Below are positions 9,157 to 18,107 of a stretch of 28,888 bases of DNA, one piece after another (the stretch's first letter is position 1; each line of letters starts with the position of its first letter). A program made the translations under genes and the position numbers. The DNA is from Flavobacteriales bacterium (GTDB lineage Bacteria; Bacteroidota; Bacteroidia; Flavobacteriales_D; Crocinitomicaceae): positions 1-28,888 of the forward strand of contig JABJEE010000129.1 in assembly GCA_018665005.1 (NCBI GenBank), read 5' to 3'. The notes beneath the pieces are model-generated. The model saw only the letters and a list, made by a program, of their open reading frames with translations, was not told the origin of the DNA and searched no databases.

Positions 9157-10873
9157 TGTTTATATTCAAATAAAATTTGGGTTTGAATCTATTGGTCATT
9201 GTGAATTCAATAGAATATAAAATTTCGTCACGTGAAATTAATAAATCTATTTCATCTCCCTTGTCAAGGCTTTTCATTACACTTTCAACATCAGCCTTTG
9301 AAACTCTATAACCATTGCATCCAATTATTTCATCATTGACACTGAGACCCGCATCTTCAGCAGCCGAATTTGATCGAATTGATTTGATTATGGTTTTTCC
9401 TCCGGAGTTAGCAAGGCCAGCACCAAAATCAGGATATGTTGAACTCACGTCTTGTACATCAACTCCAACTTGACCGAAAACATCCTCATATGGTGGAATT
9501 TCTGTACCATATATATACTTTGCATAAAAGTCGTCTAAATTATCCCCTACAAATGTCTCCAGTTCTTTTTTAAATTCATCAGAAGTAAACCCTCTATTTT
9601 TCTGCTCATAGAATTTGGAATAAAGACTCTGTAAAAAATCATCAAGACACTTTTTTCCTTTATTGTTTTCAATGATCATTACATCCAAAAGAGCGGCAAT
9701 TATTGACCCTCTAGAATAATAAGACATACTGGTATTTGAACTGTTTTCATTTGGCCTGTATGCTTTAACCCATGCATCGAAGCTAGCATGTGCTAAAGGC
9801 TGTACTCTTGAACCGACAGAACCTTCAACATAATTTATGGCGCTTTCTACTTTTCCCAACATCTGATTTTGAGAATAATATCCAGCTCTTAGCAAGATCA
9901 GCTCATCATAATAGGAAGTAAAACCCTCCATAACCCATAACATATCCGTATAATTCTCTTGATTATAATCAAATGGCCCAAGTTCAATAGGACGAATTCG
10001 TTTTACATTCCAAAGGTGAAAATACTCGTGAGCCACAAGGCTTAAAAACTTGATGTAATTCGATCCACTGTAGGTCCACCTATTGACACTAAGGGTCGTA
10101 GAGTTTTTGTGTTCTAGTCCTCCCTGACCATTAACCACATTATGAATGATAAATAAATACTCCTTATTTGGATTTTGACCGAAAACCTTGGTTTCTTCTT
10201 CGATGATTTTGGCCATGTCTGTACGCAATTCATCAATCAAATAATTGCCGTCGCCATATATGGCAACAGTATGTTTAACCCCTGCAGCATTAAAGTCAAA
10301 AACCTGTTGATTTCCAATTTCAATGGGACAATCTACGAGATGGTCGTAATCTGTATAGGAAAACTCGAATTTTGATTTTGCTTCTGGCAATGCTGTTGAA
10401 ACTGTTGAAAATCCCTCAAAAGGAACTATTTTTAATTGACCACTAGAATCTAAATGGCCTTCAACAAACATGAATACGCCACTTCCACTAACATAACCAT
10501 GCGTTAAATCCAAAAACGAGGTGCGCACTGAAAGTTCAAAAGCATACACTTCATATTTAACAACAACTTTATTGTTTTTTGATGTATTTATAGTCCAACT
10601 GTTCTTTCTTTGCTTTTTAATTTCCAACGGGTTCCCTTTTTCATCGAATGCTTTCACCATATTGATGTTCTTAGAGAATTCTCTAACCAAATATGATCCT
10701 GGAGCCCACACGGGAAGAGAAATATCAATTTCTTTTTCCTTGAAATCTTTTAATTCCATCTCCACATGGAAATAATGATTTTGGGGTTTGGGCATGGTAA
10801 GTTTGTAACTAACAGATTGAGCATGAAGCATACTGCAAGCAAATAATATAAGGAGTGATAGACTGAATTTCAT
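9119..10873 (-). CDS. M61 family metallopeptidase (glycyl aminopeptidase-like) with C-terminal PDZ domain
   Basis: Signal peptide ending A|Q; LPVWAPGSY..REF, GGLEH, HEYFHLWNVKRIRP (HExxH), WVMEGFTSYY, YYSRG; PDZ segment SAAEDAGLSVNDEII. Confidence 0.92.
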   Translation of the reverse strand: MKFSLSLLILFACSMLHAQSVSYKLTMPKPQNHYFHVEMELKDFKEKEIDISLPVWAPGSYLVREFSKNINMVKAFDEKGNPLEIKKQRKNSWTINTSKNNKVVVKYEVYAFELSVRTSFLDLTHGYVSGSGVFMFVEGHLDSSGQLKIVPFEGFSTVSTALPEAKSKFEFSYTDYDHLVDCPIEIGNQQVFDFNAAGVKHTVAIYGDGNYLIDELRTDMAKIIEEETKVFGQNPNKEYLFIIHNVVNGQGGLEHKNSTTLSVNRWTYSGSNYIKFLSLVAHEYFHLWNVKRIRPIELGPFDYNQENYTDMLWVMEGFTSYYDELILLRAGYYSQNQMLGKVESAINYVEGSVGSRVQPLAHASFDAWVKAYRPNENSSNTSMSYYSRGSIIAALLDVMIIENNKGKKCLDDFLQSLYSKFYEQKNRGFTSDEFKKELETFVGDNLDDFYAKYIYGTEIPPYEDVFGQVGVDVQDVSSTYPDFGAGLANSGGKTIIKSIRSNSAAEDAGLSVNDEIIGCNGYRVSKADVESVMKSLDKGDEIDLLISRDEILYSIEFTMTNRFKPKFYLNINNENTKLLNYWLR

Positions 10874-11084
10874 TTTTCGCTAATTGTTTATTGCCCTTTA
10901 TTGAGCTTGTTTCGATCAATCATTAACATCATCTATGCCATTCTTAAATCGCATCGAATTTCTTGACGTATATACGACTATGTAAATATAATCGACTTTA
11001 GGGAAACGAAGAGTCTGTTTATGTGATTTCATGAATTCTTTAAAACATAAAGTAACGGTTAATATATTCTGCGTTTTCAAGAAT

Positions 11085-11663
11085 ATGAAAAAGCTATTAT
11101 TTATGTTCCTTGTGTTGATATCAAGCTGTCATTCTCAGGGAAAGCATCAGGGTCAAATTGAAAAGAAAACAAACATTTCCGTGAATTACGATACCATTCA
11201 ATTTACAAATGGATTTGATTTCCCAGTGGGAGAATTAAATACCAACGGTTACTACAATGCTCAAAAATTTACTGAGAACAATCATTTAGGGGATGATTGG
11301 AATGGAACAGGTGGTGGGAATACGGATTTAGGAGACCCTATTTATGCCATTGCCAACGGGTATGTTTCTTTTTCAGCAAATGTAAATGGCGGTTGGGGAA
11401 ATGTAATCAGAATCATTCATTTTATTGATTCAAATAAACAGGTAGAATCATTATATGCACATTGTGATAAACGCCTCATTGAAGCAGGAGAATTTGTTAA
11501 AAAAGGAACACAGATTGGTACCATAGGAACCAATAATGATCAATATTTGGCACACCTTCACTTTGAGATAAGGAATATTGTGAACCTACCTATTGGTGGC
11601 GGGTATTCTTCAGATACGGAAGGCTATCTTGATCCGACAGAATTTATAAATAGAAATAGATGA
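11085..11663 (+). CDS. M23 family metallopeptidase, possible lipoprotein
   Basis: HLGDD (HxxxD), IYAIANG.V, GWGNVIRI.H, SLYAH, HLHFEIR; signal MKKLLFMFLVLISSC. ATG 11085 preferred. Confidence 0.88.
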   Translation: MKKLLFMFLVLISSCHSQGKHQGQIEKKTNISVNYDTIQFTNGFDFPVGELNTNGYYNAQKFTENNHLGDDWNGTGGGNTDLGDPIYAIANGYVSFSANVNGGWGNVIRIIHFIDSNKQVESLYAHCDKRLIEAGEFVKKGTQIGTIGTNNDQYLAHLHFEIRNIVNLPIGGGYSSDTEGYLDPTEFINRNR

Positions 11664-11684
11664 GTCTAGACTTACAAAAAAGAT

Positions 11685-12659
11685 TCATAAAGATCTGTTC
11701 CTGAAAAAATACGCGAGGCTTAAACCTGAAACGATATGCCATATTCCCCACCATCCAGCAACAATAACCATTCCACCCATCCCATTAAAGAATGAAAAAA
11801 TTAAACCCAATCCCAAACCCGAATTTTGAATTCCAGTTTCAATGGCTAAAGTCTTTTGGTCGTTAAATGGAAGTCTGAAGAGTCTCGCAAGACCAAATCC
11901 CGTAAAAATGCCAAGAGCATTATGCGCAAAAACAACAAATATGACCAGATGAATGTATTTCAAAAACAAATCCATGTTCGCTGCAAAAGCAAATACGACA
12001 ATCAAACCAAAAATAAGCATCGAGCCATAATGGGTGAATTTATGGAATAAGTCAGCGGTTTTAGGTTTATAATATCTCAAGGCCATTCCGAAAACAAGTG
12101 GAATCAACAAAATCATTCCTACAATCTTCAGCATGGAAAAAAAATCAAGGCTTACATCATTTAGAATCACTGCAGTTGGAGGGTACAATCCACCATAAAA
12201 GGAAATGTTTAAAGGTGTCATGAAAACTGCACATACACTTGCAATAGCAGTCATACAAACAGACAAGGCAGTATTCCCATTTGCCAATGAGGTCATGAAA
12301 TTTGAGATATTCCCTCCAGGACAGGCCGCTACAATCATCATCCCCATAGCAACACTGGGCATGGGCTTAAAAATCCACACAATCAAAAAAGTTAAAAAAG
12401 GAAGAGCTATAAATTGAGAGATAAAACCGATAAGAACAGATTTAGGGGCACTGAACACTCTTTTAAAATCATCTATTTTCAGTTGAAGAGCCACTCCAAA
12501 CATGATGAACCCCAAGCTGAGATTCATGATGAAAATGTTTTTATCATCAAATTTAAGATCTGCAGTATCTAGCTCTTTATCTTCCACACATGATGATAAA
12601 AAGAGTAGAACAAAAATGGACAAAAACCATAAAAGACGATTTCTAGTGATTTTTTTCAT
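11685..12659 (-). CDS. Bile acid:sodium symporter (BASS) family transporter
   Basis: MFGVAL, ACPGGNISN, NTALSV, HNALG, ETGIQNSGLG; about 10 hydrophobic segments. Confidence 0.92.
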   Translation of the reverse strand: MKKITRNRLLWFLSIFVLLFLSSCVEDKELDTADLKFDDKNIFIMNLSLGFIMFGVALQLKIDDFKRVFSAPKSVLIGFISQFIALPFLTFLIVWIFKPMPSVAMGMMIVAACPGGNISNFMTSLANGNTALSVCMTAIASVCAVFMTPLNISFYGGLYPPTAVILNDVSLDFFSMLKIVGMILLIPLVFGMALRYYKPKTADLFHKFTHYGSMLIFGLIVVFAFAANMDLFLKYIHLVIFVVFAHNALGIFTGFGLARLFRLPFNDQKTLAIETGIQNSGLGLGLIFSFFNGMGGMVIVAGWWGIWHIVSGLSLAYFFRNRSL

Positions 12660-12807
12660 TAGTAAAACATTTAACAACTAAATACGTTTGGTTACATCTT
12701 ATAAAAATACGATTATAAATGAGCTCAAACTCTATTGAAAGAGGAATTCCTAATATTTTAAAAGACGTATCTTGTAGTGTTTGTTAACCAATTTTATACA
12801 TTCAATA

Positions 12808-13290
12808 ATGAAGCTGTTCTCTTGTTTTTTAGTTGCGATTATCATATTAACCAACTCTTCTACTCAAGCGCAAAATAATACTACAAGGGATTTGAAAAAA
12901 AACATTTTTTCAGGAACCATAGGAGGATCATCATCTATTATAGGAATCAACTATCAACGATTTATAGGAAACAAATTATCAATTGAATTTGGGATAGGTT
13001 TAATCGGAGTCGGTACTGGGCTTACGATTTACCCGAAAGGTTTAACAGAAATGGGTGCACGGTTCTACACAGGCATCAAACTCAATAGTGTCGTGCTGGT
13101 GGATGTAGGAGGAGGAACCGTTACCTACGTTCCGTTTGGGGTTACCTTTTTCTCGGAGAGTCCATTTATTGTCGGGTTTGATATTGGACCTGCATATGGA
13201 AAACTGGTTTCAAGTTCATTTGGTGGAGAAACATCTGAAACCACATACTTTTATGGGTTTGGCAACTTGAAAATTGGTGTTAGATTTTAA
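12808..13290 (+). CDS. Hypothetical small outer-membrane beta-barrel-like protein
   Basis: Signal peptide ending TQA|Q, Gly/aromatic-rich amphipathic strands, C-terminal LKIGVRF ending in Phe. Confidence 0.55.
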   Translation: MKLFSCFLVAIIILTNSSTQAQNNTTRDLKKNIFSGTIGGSSSIIGINYQRFIGNKLSIEFGIGLIGVGTGLTIYPKGLTEMGARFYTGIKLNSVVLVDVGGGTVTYVPFGVTFFSESPFIVGFDIGPAYGKLVSSSFGGETSETTYFYGFGNLKIGVRF

Positions 13291-13393
13291 ACTATACTTC
13301 AGTTTCAATTCATTACAATAAAATTCGACTCGCAAATTACACCCCTAATTAATATTAATAAAATAATGGCTTTTTTTAAAAGACTAAATAGAG

Positions 13394-13401
13394 TACATTT
13401 G
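13394..13401 (+). promoter_or_regulatory. Bacteroidota -7 box (TACATTTG) for the VTC operon
   Basis: Exact TAnnTTTG match, 5 nt before ATG 13407. Confidence 0.5.
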
Positions 13402-13406
13402 GGCTA

Positions 13407-14162
13407 ATGTTATTGTCAGATATTCAAGATATTACAAGTGCTTTTAATGCCGTTTCATTAAGTGAAATGGATACAGTTAAACTCATGAAAAGAGTGGATA
13501 CTAAGTTTGCTATATCCGAAAAAGATTTCAAAAACGTATTTGTGAATTTGAAGGATGAATACAACGTTTTAGAGGTAAATAATGATAAGTATTCTGAATA
13601 TGAAAGCCTTTATTTTGATCAAAGTGACTTGATATTTTATAAAGACCATCACAGGGGGAAAGCCAATAGATTGAAAATTCGAATTCGAAAATACAAAAGC
13701 AATGAGCTTTCTTTTTTAGAAGTCAAAAAAAAACACAAAGGACAAACTATTAAATCAAGAATTCCTTCCAAGTCTTGGAGTGAGGGTTTCACGTCAAAGG
13801 AGCGTGAATTCTTATCCCAACTTTATCCGAACCATTCGAGTTTAATCCCAAGTCTTGAGAATAAATTTATTCGAATAACACTCGTACACAAAGAAAATAT
13901 TGAAAGATTAACCTTTGACTTAAATTTATCTTACAAAAAGGATGGTCAAACCATTGAAATGGAAAATCTTGTCGTTTGTGAACTCAAACAAGAAAAAATC
14001 AATAGGCTAAATTCTTTCTACAACGAAATGAAAAAAAAATTAGTGCGACCTCTTAGGGTTAGTAAGTATTGCCTTGGAATTATGGAATTCCATTCATCAA
14101 AACAAATTAAATCGAATCGTTTTAAAAGGAAAACATTACAATTAAAGAAAATATTATGTTGA
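13407..14162 (+). CDS. VTC-domain (polyphosphate polymerase, CYTH/TTM tunnel fold) protein
   Basis: SLSEMD.VKLMKRVDTKF, Y.SLYFD, KIRIRKY, FLEVKKK, IKSR, ERLTFD, ELK, SKYC. Confidence 0.9.
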   Translation: MLLSDIQDITSAFNAVSLSEMDTVKLMKRVDTKFAISEKDFKNVFVNLKDEYNVLEVNNDKYSEYESLYFDQSDLIFYKDHHRGKANRLKIRIRKYKSNELSFLEVKKKHKGQTIKSRIPSKSWSEGFTSKEREFLSQLYPNHSSLIPSLENKFIRITLVHKENIERLTFDLNLSYKKDGQTIEMENLVVCELKQEKINRLNSFYNEMKKKLVRPLRVSKYCLGIMEFHSSKQIKSNRFKRKTLQLKKILC

Positions 14163-14185
14163 TAAACTTTATTCTAAAAAAGAAA

Positions 14186-14818
14186 ATGGAGGACCCATTA
14201 ACCTTACAATGGTTTGATGAAGATTTTTACCTTCTGTTAATGCGATTGGCCATTAATATGGTCTTTATCACAATTTTGATTCGCTTCCTCTATTATGAAA
14301 AAACAAGACGAAAGGACTACCTTTTCACCTACTACTTAATTGGGACCATTACATTTTTCCTATGCTTTGGATTGAAGAAGCTAGACATTGATACTGGAAT
14401 GGGGCTGGGACTCTTTGCTATTTTTGGAATCATTCGCTATCGGACTGATGCCATAGAAATCAAGGAGATGACCTATCTATTTCTAATCATTGGATTGAGT
14501 GTTGTAAACGCACTCGCATCCAATAAGCTTAGTATTGCTGAAATGGGTCTCATCAATGTGTTTATGGTGATTCTTACCTATATTCTCGAATTTGTTTGGT
14601 TAATGAAGCACGAAACAAGAAAAACCATAACCTACGAAAGAATTGATTTGATCAAACCAGAAAATGCGGCTGAAATGAAGAAAGACCTTGAAGTTAGAAC
14701 AGGACTTTCATTGAATAGATTTGAAATTGGAAAAATTGATTTTTTGAACGATACCGCCCAAGTTCGCGTTTATTATTATGCAGAAGAGCAAGAATTTTCT
14801 GATTACCACGTTCAATAG
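14186..14818 (+). CDS. DUF4956 family membrane protein (MgtC-like N-terminal helices plus small C-terminal domain)
   Basis: GMGLGLFAIFGIIRYRT, KEMTYLF..IG, then YERIDLI...L..RTG. An alternative ATG at 14156 overlaps the VTC stop. Confidence 0.88.
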   Translation: MEDPLTLQWFDEDFYLLLMRLAINMVFITILIRFLYYEKTRRKDYLFTYYLIGTITFFLCFGLKKLDIDTGMGLGLFAIFGIIRYRTDAIEIKEMTYLFLIIGLSVVNALASNKLSIAEMGLINVFMVILTYILEFVWLMKHETRKTITYERIDLIKPENAAEMKKDLEVRTGLSLNRFEIGKIDFLNDTAQVRVYYYAEEQEFSDYHVQ

Positions 14819-14833
14819 GAAAGCAAAAACCGC

Positions 14834-15850
14834 ATGAGATTCCTCTTGCTACCATTTTCCTGGATTTATGCCATAGGTATTTTTATAAGAAATCTACTTT
14901 TCGATATTGGTATTCTCAAATCCAATATAGTGAGGAAAAGTATCGGCATTGGGAATTTGTCCATGGGAGGTACTGGAAAAACACCACTTACTCAATATCT
15001 TGCCCAATGGCTTATTGAAAATGATCAAATCGTTTATATTCTAAGTCGAGGATATAAAAGATCGACCAATCAAAATATTCTTGTAAAAGAATCACACCTC
15101 AGCCATGAAGTTGGTGACGAGCCATTGATGTACAAAAAAAGATTTAAAAACAAGATAAATGTACTGGTATCTAAAAATAGATGGTTAGGCAGTTTAGATG
15201 CTAAAAAGAATAATTCCAATGCATTTTTACTTTTTGACGATATCTATCAGCACCGAAAGGTAGTAACCGATTTTTCAATCATTACAACACCTTACAACGA
15301 TTTATTTGATGATGACACCTTGCTTCCCGCCGGAAGACTAAGAGAACCAAAAAGAAATGTAAACCGCGCATCTTGTATACTCGTTACACGATGCCCTGAG
15401 AATATGAGTCAAGATAAGAGAACGCACATTAAAGACAAATTAAGCAAATACAATAAACCTCTTTTCTATAGCTCCATAAGCTATGAGCCTTTTGAATGTT
15501 TTGGTGAAAAAATAAGAAAAATTAGTAGCGTATTATTGGTGACAGGGATTGCGAAAAATGAAAATTTAATTGCGCATATAGAAAACACTTATGAAACGAC
15601 TACGATTTCTTACCCCGACCATTATCGTTATACCATGGATGACATTAAGGATATCCATCAAAAATTTAATAGCTTTGCAAGTGAACATACGATAATTCTA
15701 ACTACAGAAAAAGATATGGTTAGAATGTTGGAATTCGAGGAATATATCGATGCAAATAAATTACCGATGTATTACCAACCTATTTCAATTGACGTTCATA
15801 ATGAAAAAGAATTTACATCATTAATTAAAGAATATGTTGGAAAAATTTAA
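14834..15850 (+). CDS. lpxK: Tetraacyldisaccharide 4'-kinase
   Basis: GNLSMGGTGKTP, LSRGYKR, VGDEP, DD.YQHR, LLPAGRLREP, YPDHY, LTTEKD. Confidence 0.94.
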   Translation: MRFLLLPFSWIYAIGIFIRNLLFDIGILKSNIVRKSIGIGNLSMGGTGKTPLTQYLAQWLIENDQIVYILSRGYKRSTNQNILVKESHLSHEVGDEPLMYKKRFKNKINVLVSKNRWLGSLDAKKNNSNAFLLFDDIYQHRKVVTDFSIITTPYNDLFDDDTLLPAGRLREPKRNVNRASCILVTRCPENMSQDKRTHIKDKLSKYNKPLFYSSISYEPFECFGEKIRKISSVLLVTGIAKNENLIAHIENTYETTTISYPDHYRYTMDDIKDIHQKFNSFASEHTIILTTEKDMVRMLEFEEYIDANKLPMYYQPISIDVHNEKEFTSLIKEYVGKI

Positions 15851-16646
15851 TGAATCAGCTGATTATATAAGATCTAAAACAAGAATAAATCCATCTGTTG
15901 GAATTATACTAGGAACTGGACTCGGAGGTCTTGTTAACGAAATTAATATTGTTGATGAAATACCCTATGAAGATATTCCTAATTTTCCAGTCTCGACTGT
16001 TAAAGGCCATTCTGGAAAACTGATATTTGGAGAACTCGGAGGAAAAAAAGTAATGGCCATGCAAGGTCGGTTTCACTATTATGAGGGTTACACGCTTCAA
16101 GAGGTTACCTTTCCCGTTCGAGTAATGAAAATAATGGGTATTGAGAATTTATTTGTTAGCAATGCCTCAGGAGGTGTTAATCCGGATTTTGAAATTGGAG
16201 AAATAATGATTCAAAATGACCATATTAACCTTTTTCCTAGCAATCCATTAATAGGTAAGAATATTGATGAATTGGGAACAAGATTCCCTGATATGAGTGA
16301 CGCTTATGACCCAAGACTCATTGAAATAGCCTCAGATATTGCGAAAGAAAATGACATCAAAATATCCTATGGTTGCTATGCAGGACTAACGGGACCAACA
16401 CTTGAAACACCCGCAGAATACAAATATGTTTTTAATATTGGTGCTGACGCTGTGGGTATGTCAACAGTTCCTGAAGTTATTGTAGCGCGCCACATGAACA
16501 TACCCTGTTTTGCAATCTCAATCATCACGGATTTAGGTGTTCCTGGAAAAATTCAAAAAGTAAGTCATCAAGATGTAATAGAGGTGGCTGCAAAACAAGA
16601 GCCAAAAATGACTCTCATTATGAGGGAATTAATTGCACGCATATAA
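15834..16646 (+). CDS. punA: Purine-nucleoside phosphorylase (trimeric type)
   Basis: IILGTGLG, GHSGKL, MQGRFHYYEG, SNASGG, GPTLETPAE, GADAVGMSTVPE. Confidence 0.94.
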   Translation: MLEKFNESADYIRSKTRINPSVGIILGTGLGGLVNEINIVDEIPYEDIPNFPVSTVKGHSGKLIFGELGGKKVMAMQGRFHYYEGYTLQEVTFPVRVMKIMGIENLFVSNASGGVNPDFEIGEIMIQNDHINLFPSNPLIGKNIDELGTRFPDMSDAYDPRLIEIASDIAKENDIKISYGCYAGLTGPTLETPAEYKYVFNIGADAVGMSTVPEVIVARHMNIPCFAISIITDLGVPGKIQKVSHQDVIEVAAKQEPKMTLIMRELIARI

Positions 16647-16647
16647 C

Positions 16648-18105
16648 ATGAACGAAACTGTAAGAGAAAAATATGAGGCTGTTATTGGCCTTGAGGTTCA
16701 TGCTCAACTATTGACCAATTCCAAAGCGTATTCTTCTGATGTAAATGAATATGGTTCGACACCGAATTCAAATATCAGTCCTGTAACACTTGGCCATCCG
16801 GGAACCCTTCCGGTAATGAATAAGAAAACGGTTGAATATGCTATTAAGCTTGGACTTGCAATGAATTGTGAAATTGCCGATTACCAATTCTTTGCTCGTA
16901 AAAATTATTTTTACCCAGATTTACCAAAAGGATATCAAATCACACAGGACAAAACTCCAATTTGCACCAATGGATTTATTGATTTAAAATCTGAAGATGC
17001 TAAAGAAAATCGAATTGGTATTACTCGGATTCACATGGAGGAAGATGCGGGGAAAAGTATTCATGATGTTGACATCTATGATACACTTGTAGATTTAAAT
17101 CGTGCAGGAACTCCTCTTTTAGAAATTGTAACAGAACCCGATTTAAGAAGCTCAGCAGACGCGTATCAATATCTCACAGAGGTTAGAAAGCTGGTGAGGT
17201 ATTTAGAAATCTGTGATGGGAACATGGAAGAAGGATCTATGCGCTGTGATGCGAATATCTCGGTTAGATTAAAGGGAGCCACAAAGCTTGGTACAAAAGT
17301 TGAAGTCAAGAATATGAATTCAATAAGAAATGTTCAAAAAGCCATTGAGTACGAAATTATTCGTCAAATAGAGGTCTTAGAAGCTGGCGGCACTTTAAGT
17401 CAAGAAACACGTGGATTTGATGCTCTAGACAATTCAACCATTGCCATGCGCTCCAAAGAGGCAGCCAATGATTACCGATATTTTCCTGAACCAGACCTAC
17501 AACCATTATTTGTTGACGAAAAACAAATAGCCGAAATCCGTTCGGAAATGCCTGCGTTACCCAAGGAATTGTTTGATAAGTATGTACAAGAATATAAACT
17601 GACACCTTATGACGCGAATAATTTAACCGACAGTAAGGAAATTGCATTATTTTTCGAGGAGATTATCACACACAACAAGAACTATAAATCAGCAGCCAAC
17701 TGGATTATGGGAGATGTCAAATCCTATCTTAATGAACATGGAGTTCAAATTGATGATTTTCCAATTCCTGCATGTAAAATCAGTGAGCTCATTAATCTTA
17801 TTGACGAAGGTAAAGTGTCAAGTACAGCAGCATCTCAAAAAATATTTCCTGAAATGCTTAAATCACAAGAATCTGTGCAAGAAATTGCTGAAAGACTTAA
17901 CATTATTCAAGTTTCAAACGAAGGAGAACTCGCCGGGTTTATTGACGAAGTCATCAGAAGTAATACTTCAGAAGTTGAACGATATAAAAATGGTGAAAAA
18001 CAGCTAGTAGGTTTCTTTATGGGACAGCTAATGAAAGTTTCTAGAGGGAAGGCTGACCCAAAAGTCGCCAATGCTCTTTTGAGAGAAAAGCTAAATGCTA
18101 TTTAA
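16648..18105 (+). CDS. gatB: Asp/Glu-tRNA amidotransferase subunit B
   Basis: VIGLEVHAQL, PGTLP, RKNYFYPDLPKGYQITQ, HMEEDAGK, DLNRAG.PLLEIVTEP, RCDAN, YRYFPEPDL, GFFMGQLMK. Confidence 0.97.
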   Translation: MNETVREKYEAVIGLEVHAQLLTNSKAYSSDVNEYGSTPNSNISPVTLGHPGTLPVMNKKTVEYAIKLGLAMNCEIADYQFFARKNYFYPDLPKGYQITQDKTPICTNGFIDLKSEDAKENRIGITRIHMEEDAGKSIHDVDIYDTLVDLNRAGTPLLEIVTEPDLRSSADAYQYLTEVRKLVRYLEICDGNMEEGSMRCDANISVRLKGATKLGTKVEVKNMNSIRNVQKAIEYEIIRQIEVLEAGGTLSQETRGFDALDNSTIAMRSKEAANDYRYFPEPDLQPLFVDEKQIAEIRSEMPALPKELFDKYVQEYKLTPYDANNLTDSKEIALFFEEIITHNKNYKSAANWIMGDVKSYLNEHGVQIDDFPIPACKISELINLIDEGKVSSTAASQKIFPEMLKSQESVQEIAERLNIIQVSNEGELAGFIDEVIRSNTSEVERYKNGEKQLVGFFMGQLMKVSRGKADPKVANALLREKLNAI

Positions 18106-18107
18106 CT

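Noticed and set aside
10967-10976. 10-bp palindrome CGTATATACG in the M61/M23 divergent region
   Set aside because: Short, single copy and no cognate regulator evident.
10916-11032. 38-aa minus-strand sORF (MKSHKQTLRFPKVDYIYIVVYTSRNSMRFKNGIDDVND) upstream of the M61 gene
   Set aside because: No recognisable motif or promoter; it spans the probable divergent promoter region, and ORFs this long can arise by chance.
11663-11672. Palindrome AGTCTAGACT between convergent genes, as a terminator
   Set aside because: No loop and a weak stem; cannot be supported as an intrinsic terminator.
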